A DNA stretch of 64,000 nucleotides from Octopus sinensis (GCF_006345805.1 NC_043001.1:33790001-33854000); one strand, 5' to 3'. Shown: positions 1-13,315, numbered from the stretch's first letter. The notes: generated from the letters alone by a model not told the origin. Numbers and translations are program-made.

Positions 1-1259
1 TTGGCAGCATTTAAATACAGAATGTAAAGTACCGAAAGAAATGTTACAAAGCATTTTATCTGATGCACTAGAAATGTATTCATATGTCATGTATAATTTC
101 AGTTGAACAAACTGTAACAGATCCTCCCAAAAATAAAAAGCAATTCCAATATAACATTTGTTCCCATATTTAAATGGTTTCTTAAAAAATATGTTCAGAA
201 AACAGTGTGTACATTTGCGTTTTCTTTCCAGTTTAGGCTAAAGATAAAATTGTTCTAAATATTTTGTCATTGCATAGATGTAGATGGTTAACTTTTAAAT
301 ATATAATTCTCCATCCATTTCAGTAGATTCTATACACAAGAGATTGTTACAACAATGGATATGTTATTTAGAAAATCACAAGAATTAGCTTTTAAGACAA
401 ACATTTTGTAGTAAAATAGAAAGGAAAATGATGTTAGGAGATATCATTAGAGAAGAGAAATTGAAAACTAAATTGAATGGAATGTAATAAAATCTCTGAA
501 AATTTATTTTTCAAAATTTGACATAGAATGATGGCAGAAAACCAGAAATTAATTATAAAATGGCAACAACTTATTTTCCTTTCAGAAATTTGTTTGCATA
601 TTTTTCTTTCTTTGACAGACAATCAAATGAGAACTAGTATAGTTGCATTAAAGTGAACATACAGGAGCAGGTATGGCCATATGTTTATGATCGCTAACAA
701 ACATAAGGTTCTAGGTTCGATCTAACTGCAAAAGACCTTGGACAAGGGCCTTCTTACATTAGCCTTGTGAGCAAAGTTTTGTGAATGAAATCTGATAGAA
801 ATTTCACAGAATTTTATTGGATATATGTATGTATGTTTGTAACTGGATGGATGCCAGAATTGATTGTGTCAAGCAATGCACCTAGTGGCATTTAATTACA
901 TCCCTGCCCAGATTAACTTTGCTTTTCCTCTTTCCAAGATCAATAAAATTAGAACTAAACAAAATACTAGAATCAATGCAAAAAAAAAACTAACCCTTTC
1001 AATGTGGTTTCCTAGTATTCCTTTATATTGTATGTTTGTTTTTCTATGCTAATAATGAATTAGACAAACGTATTATTGATGTGTTGTTTTACAGCTGAAT
1101 GCTTTTCCTGTCATTAATCCTTACTTGTTTTTCAAGGGAGGACCTCTTATTTCGCACACTGTCAAAGACACAAAGTCAGTGGATTACTTTAATGACAGCA
1201 CCACTAGGTCCAAGATATGCAAATGTAAAGAAACACACACACATACACTCACTTTATCA

Positions 1260-1630
1260 TTATTATCATTGTTTTGATGTTCACTTGCATGGGTCAGACA
1301 AATTTCATTGAAGAAAATTTTCTACAGCTGGATGCCCTTCCCGTTGCTAACCCTCACTTATTCCCCAATGGCTGGAAATATTTTCATGGAAGATTGGAAA
1401 CGAGGGATTCCACTTGTGTAATGATAACACTCATTTATAACTATCTTGTGATGCCAAGACAAGCAGACACATGCACACACAGATATATGAATGACAAGCT
1501 TCTTTCTGTTTCCACCTACTAAATCTACTCACACGGCTTTGTTCATCCTAGAACTATAATAGTAGACATTTGCCCAAGGTGCCATGCAGTGGGTCTGAAC
1601 CTGAAAGCAGGTGGTAGTGAAGCAAACCAC
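1260..1630 (-). mobile_element. Degenerate SINE (tRNA head with RTE-like 3' tail)
   Basis: CTACAGCTGGATGCCCTTCC and GCCCAAGGTGCCATGCAGTGGG blocks shared with other copies. Related copies near 660-830, 27545-27940 and 45355-45495. Confidence 0.7.
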
Positions 1631-2268
1631 TTGAATTGACATCAAGAATGAAAACAAAGAATACGTTACAAACAATAAGAATTAGTACCAAGGTTTATGA
1701 TATTCCACATGACATGTTTAATGGCTCTTATTTTGTTAAAACTGAAGTAAACCATCACAAGCAAGAACCATTAATATTGTAATTGCACACGTCATCCATA
1801 ATCTTATGATTTACTGAATTAAATGCAGCAGATGGATCAGCTGTAAGCGATACAAGCAGAGACCATCATATGCATCTTTGCACAACCAGGTGTAGGAGTG
1901 GCTATGTGGTAAGTGGCTTGCTTACCAACCATATGGTTCCGGGTTCAATCCCACTGCGTGACAGTGACACTGCGTGACAGTGAAACTGTCTAACCCATGA
2001 CAGCATGGAGAGTGGACATTAAATGATAAATGATGAATTTGATGTCCAAGCAGGAATCTGTTAAGGCTCCGACTCTGAACCCTTAATTTGTCTCTGATCT
2101 AGATATCAAAAACAAATACCATCTGGCATTGAGAACACTACATTCCTGATAGACAGGTACTGCCATCAAACATTTAATTGTTTGATTTTGGCATTTTTAA
2201 AAAAAATCTATTGCTTCAAACAAATAAAAACAGTTAGATATATGTATAATATAAAGAACATTACTCAC

Positions 2269-2372
2269 CACAGTTTCCCATCTAAATATGTTTGCATAGA
2301 AGCAGACCCAGTTCTGAGAAATGAACATGCGACCATGCACAAGTATGTCTTTTTGAAGCGCACAAGAATAAT
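2269..2372 (-). CDS. GRAMD1: GRAMD1/Aster exon, 104 nt: DYSCALQKDILVHGRMFISQNWVCFYANIFRWETV (GRAM domain core)
   Basis: Acceptor gtgtttcag|AT and donor GTG|gtgagt. The phase-1 start completes GAT (Asp) with the previous exon. Matches GRAMD1 DYSCALQRDILLQGRLYLSENWICFYSNIFRWET. Later exons were not found and presumably lie left of the window. Confidence 0.96.
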
Positions 2373-2621
2373 CTGAAACACAAAGCGGGTAAGGGATAAG
2401 GAAACCAAATGATATTTTAGTTGCAGGAGCAAAACAAAAAAAAAAAACAAAAGAGATGCAGGAAAGATTAAATCACTACAAAGGAACAAAAGCACAAAAG
2501 GAATAAAAATACTCCTCTCCAACTCCACCCCAACCCCTGTCTTTTTAATCAAAAGAAAAAGTTTTTGAGGAGAGATAAAATAAATACAAATCATTTCTGC
2601 AAAAGGATTATGCATGTTTAA

Positions 2622-2842
2622 CCCTTTCATTACCAACCCGGCCAAAACCGGCTCTGGCTCTGTAGTATTAATGTCTTGTTTTCATAGGTGTTTCATTAAA
2701 ATCTTCCACCAAACCTTAGTTGCAATTTATGTTCCTAACACTAGCTTAATGATAACTAAGTTATTTTACTAAATTCCTTATTATATTTAAAATAATTGAA
2801 AGAAACACAGAGCATCTTAAAATAAATACAGTAACGAAAGGG
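2622..2842. mobile_element. piggyBac-type MITE with TTAA TSD
   Basis: TTAA|CCCTTTCATTAC ... GTAACGAAAGGG|TTAA; 12-bp imperfect TIRs; second copy near 19864. Confidence 0.85.
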
Positions 2843-3949
2843 TTAAGGTATAAGTTAAAAAAACATTCACTGGGGTAACAACTGCATGGAGAACATAGCA
2901 GTTTAAAAACTGTAATGTTATTAAATTTTAATACAGATTCCACAAAAGAGATACAAAAAAAAAACAAAGAAAGAATTAGTGATTTTAAGGTACCATAGAG
3001 TTAATACAAATATATACACCAGTGGTCTTGACCTTTATAAAGCACTCAACATTTTATTGCAAGTTATCATTTATATGTCAGCATCTATAATTAATTATCT
3101 TCAAAGCAATTACTAACAATTGTAGGAATACACATATTTCAATGACATATGCAGTAAGTCTTAATTTAAATGTGCAAAAAAAACAAAAAAACTATTCTCA
3201 GCCTTGATTATCATCTATTAATTTGCTTTCAACCTTACTGCAAGCCTAGTGTTTATCATGTCCCTCTTCCCCTTTCTTGGTTATCATAAATTCTTTTCAG
3301 ACATCACATCATCACATGATTTTTGTATAAATGAGAGGTGGGTAAGGGAAGGCTAGTTATAGCTCTTTGTCAGAAAATGACATGTGGTGATAAAATTACA
3401 TAGTTTTTGACCCTTGGACACTAACTAGACACAGAAACAAGAAAAGCTAAGACTGCATCTTAGTAAATAATAAAATACACAGAACCATTTTTAACCCAAG
3501 AAAAAATTGCAACACACGAAACAAAAGTGTAAATATCAAATGTTACACATTATACAAAATATTTTAGTTTTTTTTTCATCTTTTCATGAAACAAACTTTG
3601 ATTTGATAGGAATACTCCGTTTATAATGATATGACATATTTTTTTAACATTTGTGGCAGAGTGAAATTCTGAACATCGTGTGATAATAAGGCTATTATGA
3701 ATAGTCATACCATCAACATCATCATTATGCATCTGCTTTCCATGCTGATATGGGTTGGATGGTTGAACAGGATCAGACAAGTAGGAGAGTCACATCCTGC
3801 TCCAGTGTTTTAGTTTTGACATAGATCTAACAACTTTCCTAACACCAACCATTTCACAGTAGTACTTGATGTATATTTTCATGATGGCCATCAGCATGAC
3901 TAAACAGGCCTCTCCAGCCCTGCATTGTTGCTTCTCAGTTCACGCACAT

Positions 3950-4420
3950 ATATCAGGCCTCAAAATCAGAATTACTACTAATCCGTCAAAGACCATTTTT
4001 TAGATATTTCCCTAGACTGAAACTCCCTTACAAACATAAACAGTCCAGTCACTCCCTATATTGTTTAGAACCTGAGAGCTAACATTAGCAATAGCATACC
4101 AAATCTCTTTTCTTCTAAAGAAATATTGGTTAAGGCGGTCTCCCTACAATAACAATGCCTTGGCTAACAGTGACTTCAACGATAAAATATATTACAACCC
4201 TTCAAGTAAAAATATTAATCATAAAAATAGACCAAGGAAAATAATTTGCTTTGCTCCTCCTTTCTCCCTACATGTTAAGATTAAGATAGGCAAGATTTTC
4301 CTGTCTCTTTTATATAATCATTTCCCAATAAATCACAAATATAGTAAGATTTTTAATAGATGCTCAATTATAATATCGTACAGCTGCTGCCACAATATGA
4401 AGGACATTATAACTTGCAAA
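3950..4420 (+). mobile_element. Penelope-like retroelement fragment (RT thumb/linker region), degenerate
   Basis: ORF 4160-4477 reads NRPRKIICFAPPFSLHVKIKIGKIFLSLLYNHFPINHKYSKIFNRCSIIISYSCCHNM, matching the PLE motif RKIIWFNPPFS.NV.TNIG..FL.L..KHFP..H...KIFN....K.SYSC..N. Confidence 0.75.
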
Positions 4421-4599
4421 CATCACCAAGTTGTACTTGGCTGTCTGCTAAATTTCAAAACAAGTAGGCATCTGTAAAAGTTTGTGCCATAAATTTTAAA
4501 AGAAAAATCGAAAATGCATCTTGTTGCCACAAAATTTGTGCTGTATATATTGAAAGATGAACAAAAATAGGAATAAGTGATCATCAGTCAGGTGTTGTT

Positions 4600-5340
4600 T
4601 GATTAATTACCTGAATGCTGATAAAGACTCTCTACAAATGTTCTAACAGGTGCATGGGTGTAACACTTTGATGCTGAAACAAAAAGACCATCACTACTGT
4701 GGGTTGGATCATTGTTGCTACAAAATAATAATTAAAAAAAGCCTATCAGACACACTCAAATGTGATAGTGATGTTGATCATCTTATCTGATTAGAAGGGT
4801 ATCGTCTATATTGAATTTGCTCTATGTGGTCAAACAATCAATAAAGAGTTTTACTTGGGGGTCTTGGAGTGTTTCAAAGAAGCAGTGTGAAGGAAGTGGC
4901 AAGAGTCACAAATGTAACAAAACCTAAATACTGTACATAACAATGCGCCTGCTTATCTTAACCACAACTTTTGGCAAAACACAAGATGATTCTTGTCTTC
5001 CAGTTGCCCTAGTCAACAAATTTGACGCCTGCAGTTTTTTTGTTTGTTTTTGTTTTGTTTTTAGCGCTCAAAGAACTTCTTGAAATCAACCTAGAACAGT
5101 TGTTGACATCAGACATTAGAGATCGATGAAGATTAAATTCACTACAAGAACTGTACACTACTTGCAAGCACATGTTCCAGAATGCATTTCAGAGCTGGGG
5201 GGGGGGGCGATGTTGCGAACAATGTATCAACAGTGGAAGGAAATATTTTGAAGGTGATGAGTTAATTAAAAAATAACTTCATTTTCTTTTTCTTCAAAAA
5301 AAAAAAAAAAAAAGACGAGATTTGTTTTGCACAGATCTTG
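4600..5340 (+). pseudogene. Heavily decayed mariner transposase fragment
   Basis: Broken motifs LTG..WV.HFDAETKRPSLLW, VMLII...KGIVYIEF...GQTINKEFYL, HNNAPA and C...G.YFEGD. Boundaries approximate. Confidence 0.7.
4611..4673 (-). CDS. Candidate 63-nt symmetric phase-1 cassette exon of GRAMD1 (ASKCYTHAPVRTFVESLYQHS), antisense within a mariner remnant
   Basis: ggtctttttgtttcag| ... CAG|gtaatt. The only stop-free frame is the phase-1 frame required between the 25742 and 2372 exons. No transcript evidence. Confidence 0.3.
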
Positions 5341-6892
5341 TTACATATAACAGACACAACATTCCATTTGAAACTATCTGTAACAAATAAACAGTTGCTA
5401 TTTTTCCAATTCTGAACTGATAACATCTTACAAAGGAAAACAATGATTGCTTCCTTTGTTTGGTGTCTTATTGTGCTTGCTTAAATGACATCGTTTACTG
5501 TGCTTTTCACAAATAAACATCTAATGTCTCAATTTATTGAAAAATATTCAACAAACTGAAATGACTTATCTCATGGATAGATTTTATTTAACTCAAAATT
5601 CTATAAGTATCTGCAACTATTGCCAAGTCCTAAACCGTGTGTAACTTAAATTCAAATAATGCTGATGTTTGGAACTAAAAACTGGATCTAAGTACCCTTT
5701 GGGGCAACAAAATTTAGCCTCATTGTAGAAAGGACTTCTTGTCAAAAGAATTTTTTGCTTGCACCATATGTATTTATTTATTTTATTTTTGTGTGTTATT
5801 TATTTTATTTTTGAGTATGCTTTTTATCAAGTGAATTTCTCCAATGGCAGTTAATACCACAAGCAGCGACTTAGAATTTGGTGATATTATTTATTAATGA
5901 TTTTATTATTATTTATTGGTTAATAATTTAACTAGAGAAAGAGATATTTCAGTATCATCAATAACACCAGCTATCTAAGTGATATCAATTCTGAGCAGGA
6001 GTGGAGTTATTACATAGGTGATATTGCGTTAATGCTTTCATTTGTGCATAGTAATGACTTAACAAAAGAAATCATTTATTTATCAAAATATTTTAAAAGT
6101 AAGATCACTGAGTACTGGTAGGTTTACAAGAAGAGCATAATTATTATAATAAGAATAAATTACAAAAACTTGTTGGGCCTTACAAAATTGTTGACTGTAA
6201 GAGATTAAGGCTTATCTTGGAATATTTTTTCTAATGGGAGCTGTATAGCTTCTAGCTTACAGAAACTAACTGGGGCAGAAATCCAGCTGAGACAGGAAAT
6301 CAATATTTTGTAAACATGTGAAAAGACCAACAAGTAATTAACTTGCCTGTACGCAATCTACCTAGGCAGTTGAAAGTTGTATGATAACAGGTAAAAACTA
6401 TAGTTATTGACAATCAACATACTGCATCAGTAAATTTCATCCAAATTCATACTATAGTTATATTTTTATGATTTTTAAACGGTACCAGAAGTATTTCATT
6501 AAGATTCCTAGTTTCAAACAGGATAGAAAGTTTATATACATGAAATCACTTCAGGACTTTTAAGAGTCAAAAGTAGTCATGGGTAAAGATAACCCAAGAG
6601 AATAAGAATAACCGAAAAATAAGATTAAAAAAATGAAGAAAACAGGTTGCAGAGAAAATCTGTACAAAATGTAGGCATGACTGCAATGAGAGGCTACTGT
6701 AATTAATTATGGCCCTAGTTAAGAATATGCATCTAAAACGTAACTATATACATAGTTTGTACTGTGAACCCAACTTGACAAGGATACTTAAGACAGCTTT
6801 TTGATAAAATCTTTGGTCCCAAATCTTTTCTCAATTACTTAATTGTATTCTTTGTGTTGTTTATAGAGGGGCATCTTTTAAGTTGAGATATT

Positions 6893-7105
6893 CTTTTCTA
6901 CTCTAGGCACAAGGCCCGAAATTTTTAGGGAAGGGGCCAGTCGATTAGATCGACTCCAGTATGCAACTGGTACTTTATTTATTGACCTCGAAAGGATGAA
7001 AGGCAAAGTCGATCTCAGCAGAATTTGAACTGAGAACATAAAGACAGACGAACTACCGCTAAGCATTTCGCCCGTCGTGCTAATGTTTCTGTCAGCTTGC
7101 CACCT
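6893..7105 (-). mobile_element. tRNA-derived SINE with 17-bp TSD
   Basis: Flanked by the direct repeat TTTTAAGTTGAGATATT (6876-6892 and 7106-7122). Minus strand shows a B-box-like AGTTCAAATTC and the central GACTTTGCCTTTCATCCTTTCG domain also seen near 20750, 34800 and 55570. Confidence 0.85.
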
Positions 7106-8158
7106 TTTTAAGTTGAGATATTGATGGTCAGTGGATAGCAGCTATGATAGAGACTGCTGTGACATACACGGGAAGAAATTTGAGAACACTGTTATTCACC
7201 TTGGAAACTGTGATATAGAAAATTTAATATCAAGATGGTGAAAGTACAGAACAATCTTGTAGATTACAGATATTGGATACAGTTGCAATATCTTGACAGG
7301 AAAACAGAATACATTACTGAAATCCACAACACAACACTAATTGATATTGGAGACCAAGTTATCTTCATGAGTGTGGAATCTCTCATATCAATTGTTCTGA
7401 AGTTGATGGTTTAACAGCAGAACTATTAAAAGAAACTTCCTACAATACAAAAGGCTTCAAGACACGTTAGCAAAAATGAAACTAAATTGCTGTCTGAACA
7501 AAAGTTATTTTACAATGCCATACTTGAGAGGCTTTTGTTTCTTGATATTCCAGCAATGAATTGGCAAAACATATGTCATTAAACTGCTGCTTGCCACATG
7601 GAAACAACAGGAAAAAAAAAAAAACTTTGACTGATGCTACTTCAGGTATTATTGCTACTTTACTTCCAGAAAGAACAGTCCATTCTAATTTACTCTGCTA
7701 TTCACAAAAGGATTCTCTTTGCAAGGGAAAAGTAAATGGTATAATGCTTCTGTTTGAGATGAGGTACAGCACAATAGAGAAATCATGAGCAGTGAATGCA
7801 CAGAATTTGCAAAGGTTGGGGTAAAAAATGAGGCATGCATGCTCCATTGGATATGTAATGTTAATATTCATGAATGACCAAGCACGAATGAACTGAGTGG
7901 AGTCAGATATGGCATGCAAGAAAGGGAACTGTGCTGAAACAGATGTGTAATATGTATGAATGATGACAGTTTGTTCAAGAAGTGTCAAGTAACCTATGAG
8001 GGAGGAATCTGTGGAAAAAGGAAGACAGAAGACATGAGAAGAAGTGGTGAGGGATGACCTCAGGAGGCTGAACCTTACCACAGAGATAGCAAAGGACTTC
8101 AAAAAAGTGGCAAGAAGACCAGTCAACTCATATAAGCATGGAAAAATATACAAAAAAT

Positions 8159-8202
<44 letters not shown>

Positions 8203-9651
8203 ATTCTTTTTACTTTTACTTAATGTGTTATTACTTGCAAATTAATTTTACAAAGAGAACTTGATACTTTAAGTAAGGGAAATGAATTTTATTTATTTAT
8301 TTAAGCATCTTTACATCTAATTAATTCTGAATTTAGAGGTAGTAAAAAGAAATCTGATACAGTTGGCTTATACTGTACTAAAAGGATGTTGTGTTGTGAG
8401 TTTCTTGTTACCTACATCCTAGATAGCAGTTGACAAACTTATGATGCAGTAACAATCTACATCCAGCATCTGAATCTTGTTTAAATGTCCTATTGCAGTT
8501 TTCAAAAATAAATTTAATCTGATGGTGAAACTTGCTAGTCAAACCGTTATTTTATTAATTAAAATATTTGTCATCTTTGACGAGAGGTTACAAATAGTTT
8601 AGCCATTAATGTATTTACAACTATATACTAAAATTAATCTTGATGTTTAATTAATTAAAGTTACTCTCCTTTAATTGTCATACATATCTTGATAAATCAG
8701 GGTCATTCCTCTTATTTGCAAATTCCTAAGTGGGTTTGTGATTTGTGCAAGGATTCTTGAAAGATCCTTCACACATGACAATGTAGTATTTAGTACACGA
8801 CAGATTCTGAAAGAGAGAACGGGACGTTCACCTGGTAAATTATCACTTCTGCATTACATTTATGATTCAGGACAAACAACACCCCAAATTTACAATTACA
8901 GTGAGTTTGAAAGCAAAGTTCCAATTTAATTGGAAGGTGTAGGGCCATCTGCATGATCACTTAACTGCATATTACTGATGCGCAGTTAGTGCATGCATAC
9001 TGAAGTAGAGAGAAAGGGAGCAAACTTTCTGTTATATGAAATACAATGAGAAATAGGCTTTTGCACATTGGTTTCTTGTCCATTTGCCTATCAGTATATT
9101 CATTTGATTTTGCTCACTTGACAGTGAAAGAGACCCTAGATTGTCAATTTTGAGGGATGGAATGTGGGAATCGAGGTTCTCAATTTTGGTCATTGGGGTG
9201 GAAGAACACAATTTATCAAATTTAGTGTCAGTGTGGCACATCTTCTAAGTTGTCAATTCTGTAGAGGAAGGAATCCTAGAGTGACAGTTTTTTTGGTAGA
9301 GATCCTAGGTTAAGAAATAAGAAATTCTAAAATGTCAATTTCAGTAAAGGAAGGGATCTTAGGTTACCAATTTCAGTGAAGATATTAGCACATCCTGGCT
9401 TATCATTATGGTGGCCAGGATGAAAAATCCTACATTGTCAGTTTTGGTTGAGTGGATAGGAGATCACATTTTTATGGACTAAGTGGAAGATCCAAGATGG
9501 CCCATTTTGATAGTGAAAGTAGAAGTGTGACAAACATTCTTTACATGCCTAACATGCAAATATTCTTGCAATTCCAGAGAGGCATTTTGCCTGCTGCACT
9601 AATTGTTAACAAATTTCATTCAGCTAAATATGGGCAAATTTTTCTAAATAC

Positions 9652-9691
<40 letters not shown>

Positions 9692-10159
9692 ACGCGTGCA
9701 TGTGTATGTGTGTGTGTCCACTTGACAGCTGGTGTTGGTGTGTTTATATCTGTAATTTAGTGGTTTGGCAAAGGAAACTGATAGAATAAGTACCAGGCTT
9801 AATAAAAAAATAAGCACTGGTGTTGATTTGTTGGAGTAAAATTCTTCAAGGTAGTGCCCCAGCATGGCCACAGTCTAATGACTGAAACAAAGAGGGAAAA
9901 AAGAATACAGAACACAATTATCTTAATGTTTTATAATCTTAGAAATTCCATACCTAGCAGCCATTTTGTAGACATGCAGACTATGTCACTAATAGTGAGA
10001 CAATGGCTACTTGAAAGCTACAAATCTTTTCAAGAGACTCAGAAAAAAATTTGGCCAGCTGTGCTAAGTTTGTATTACAAATTTAGAGAGCTATGTATTG
10101 TTAATTTTTCTAAATACATTTAAGAATTAAAAATATATTATTCTCTCTCACTTCCAACA

Positions 10160-10205
<46 letters not shown>

Positions 10206-10694
10206 ATTATAATAATAAGGGTTTTTTGCAACAAGAGGCTTAAACCACATACCGAAAATATTAGAAATAGCAGCCAAAAAACTATTTCTTTTTACTACAA
10301 AAATAAGTCTCCACAGATAACAATATTCGTAACTCAAATATGGCAAAACAAAGAAGAAAAACAACGAAATCACACAGTCCTCGGATTAATTATGGACGCA
10401 CGTATCTGGATTAGAATCGTAAGGTTCATTTCCTTATCAACATAATATTTCCCATAAATCTAGAAATGCTAGGAAAACCTACCTTTTATATTTTCGACCA
10501 AGCGACATCGAAAGATACAAAGGTCAACCAGCATATCCACATTTATATAGACAAGCGAATTCGTATCTCCCTCCAGAATTCTACCACGTGAGTCACAAAA
10601 ATAGTACTGCCAAAGGTTCGTAGTTTTGTCGTAGTGGAGTAAAATATATATACATATATATATATCTGTATATATATATATACACATATATATA

Positions 10695-11249
10695 TCTATT
10701 ATATAAAATCCGTTCTGTCTGTCTGTGTGTGTGTCTTCTAGGATCTCGGGCATCCTCCACACGATTGCGCTCAAATTTGATATGTAGATACCGACGGTAT
10801 CAGGGCATATATAAGTCTTGAAAAAAATTACAAAAATCGATTCTAGGTGAGAATGTGATCAATAAAGCCATGGGAACATGCTTTTCTTCTGTCAACCTGT
10901 ACATAACTGCACCTTCCATTTTTTGTTGTTTTTGTACTACTTAAAGGCATGTTTCTTTCCTGCCAAGCTTAGTGTTTATACCATGTTTGTGTTCTCCCAG
11001 TCAACAGCCTTATCATTATTGGTACTTTAAACTCTTCGGTTGCATATTTGTGTGAATAAAATCGTTTTTCTTTGGAATAGAAAAAAGTCTATCTTTATTT
11101 CTTCTTCTGCTGGTGTCTCAAATTTAGGTTAAATCAGTGTTTCTCAAAGGGGAGGCCTATGGGATGGTCGGACGAGTTGTTTTGAGAAAATTTGGTTTAA
11201 ATGTTTGACAACTCAGCACCGTCCATTGGACAGTGGGGCGTTTTGCTCG
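10695..11249 (+). mobile_element. Non-autonomous Helitron
   Basis: 5' A|TCTATTATATAAAA followed by (TCTG)n. 3' hairpin CACCGTCCA/TGGACAGTG then CTCG|T (CTRR-like end). A|T target within a (TA)n tract, no TSD. Confidence 0.75.
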
Positions 11250-11275
11250 TATCTATATATCTATATCTATCTATC

Positions 11276-11328
<53 letters not shown>

Positions 11329-12082
11329 ATAGAGAGAGAGGGGGGAGAGAGAGATACACACACACACACAATCTCCCCTGCCTCTCTATCTATATGACTT
11401 TTCCTTCTGTCATCCTCAATCTCTCTTACCTACTCATTCATTGACTTTTCGCTTCAAGGGAAAAACACGCTACTGTCATTTTTTTTTTTTTTTTATCATT
11501 GATTATCATTATCAGTGTAAGCGAAGTAAATATTCTGATTTGCTAAGTCAGTTGTTGTAACTAACCAATTAGCCCTTTGAACTATCTTCTGCCTCTACTT
11601 TAGTTCTCTTTGATTCACACCAAAGTACTTTTTGCTCCCAAACTTTATTCCCATGAACTAAATAAAATCTAATTTCTTCAAAGAAATTTTTACTGTGGCA
11701 ATTTATTCTCCATCATAACCCAGTGTATGCTTTCTCTTCAATCTCAGTCTCTTTCCCCCTTTCTCCTTCACCCTCTCCCATCTCTACCTTCCAATATCTT
11801 TCCCACTCGTACACTTCCATTGCTTCAAGGAAACAACATGCTGCTATCAGTTTTGTTGTTGATTATCATTATTTAATGCAAGCTAAGTGAAAATTGCAAT
11901 CCACATGTTGTCTTATGACTGCTATTTTAAGCTCTCTTCAATACACATCCAAATTTTAACCATGCTTTCTTCTTACTGATCTGCTCACCTGTCCTACCTT
12001 ACTATCATGCTCTCCCTAGGCAACTAGCACTACAAAGTTAACTTCATTTTGAGATCCCTTACACAATCTCTTCATTGACATA

Positions 12083-13315
12083 CGAGGGACGATCAATAAG
12101 TAATGCCCCTGACCCATTTGCAGTTGTTTGATCTAGCTGAAATTTTTCATGTGAAATCATTTCTATCTCTATAGATTATGTGGCAAATTACAGCTCTGAA
12201 CTAATTGTGGTTTCTGATTTACAGGTGTTTGAACTGAGTCAAGTGTGAAATGGAGCCTGTTGAGTGTCGAGCAGTGATCCGGTTTTTGTATTTGAAAGGA
12301 CGCACACCACGGGAGACTTTTGATGAAATGAAAGTAACTTATGGTAATGATGCCCCATCATATGACCTTGTAAAACGCTGGCATCGTGAATTCAAACATG
12401 GTCGGAACTCTGCGGAAACAGCTCCCAGATCTGGTTGCCCCCTTTCTGCCATTGATGAGGCATCTGTCCGTCAAGTTGAGGCTGCCATTTTGGAAGATCG
12501 ACGCATAACTATTCGCCAAATAGCCTATGAGGTCAAGATTAGTACCGGGTCTGTGGAAACTATCATTCATGACCATTTGCATATGCAAAAGGTGTCTGCC
12601 AGATGGATTCCCAAGTTGCTCACACCTTTCCAGAAGCAAGAACGCCTTGAGTGCTCGAGGATGAATTTGGAGATGTGCCAAGAAGATGAGTCAAAATTTT
12701 TCAAAAGACTGATTACCCAGGATGAAACCTGGGTCCATCACTATGATCTAGAGACCAAAGACCAGTCAATGCAGTGGAAGCACCGTGACTCACCTCCTCC
12801 AAAGAAGGCAAGGGTGCAGCCCTCCGCTGGTAAGGCCATGCTCACAGTCTTCTGGGACCAGGACGGAATAGTGATGACAGGTTTCCTGGCAAAGGGTTCC
12901 ACAATTACAGGAGCCTATTATGCTTCACTTTTGAGGAAATTAAGAGAAGCTATCAAAATCAAGAGGCGGGGCAAGATCCGCAAAGGCATCCTCCTCCTGC
13001 AGGACAACGCTCCAGTCCACAACTCACGTGTTGACCTTGCACTCTCTGATTTTCACCTCTTCCCTGCCATGAGGTTGTTTTTGAAAGGAAAGCGTTTCCC
13101 AGATGATACAGCCTTGATTTCTGAAGTCACATCGTGGTTGGAGGACCAAGCTGGGGTCCTCTACAAAAACGGTCTCCAGAGCTGCATCAAAAGATGGGAG
13201 AAATGCGTAACTCAGGGTGGTTCCTATGTAGAAAAAGACTAATAACTGTGCCAAGTTTCGTTGCTCTACTGCTATGAGAAGTGAGTCAGGGGCATTACTT
13301 ATTGAACGCCCCTCG
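12083..13315 (+). mobile_element. Near full-length mariner transposon (irritans-like TIR) with TA TSD
   Basis: TA|CGAGGGACGATCAATAAGTAATGCCCCTGAC ... GTCAGGGGCATTACTTATTGAACGCCCCTCG|TA; ~31-bp TIRs; 1233 bp. Confidence 0.97.
12250..13242 (+). CDS. Mariner transposase, open 330-aa ORF with an in-frame deletion in the catalytic domain
   Basis: HTH region, WIPKLL (WVPHEL-like), QDETW and QDNAPVH are present. Only 14 residues separate the 2nd and 3rd catalytic Asp instead of 34; the HPPYSP segment is missing. Confidence 0.9.
   Translation: MEPVECRAVIRFLYLKGRTPRETFDEMKVTYGNDAPSYDLVKRWHREFKHGRNSAETAPRSGCPLSAIDEASVRQVEAAILEDRRITIRQIAYEVKISTGSVETIIHDHLHMQKVSARWIPKLLTPFQKQERLECSRMNLEMCQEDESKFFKRLITQDETWVHHYDLETKDQSMQWKHRDSPPPKKARVQPSAGKAMLTVFWDQDGIVMTGFLAKGSTITGAYYASLLRKLREAIKIKRRGKIRKGILLLQDNAPVHNSRVDLALSDFHLFPAMRLFLKGKRFPDDTALISEVTSWLEDQAGVLYKNGLQSCIKRWEKCVTQGGSYVEKD

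Noticed and set aside
434-622. ORF as the next GRAMD1 exon
   Set aside because: No match to the expected ...KEKTAR.IPNAIQ motif and no convincing splice sites.
2265-2645. 126-aa minus-strand ORF
   Set aside because: Overlaps the real GRAMD1 exon in a different frame, plus intron and MITE sequence.
10481-10540. GACC...GGTC-GAAA-ATAT hammerhead-like half motif (minus strand)
   Set aside because: No CUGANGA core and no stem I.
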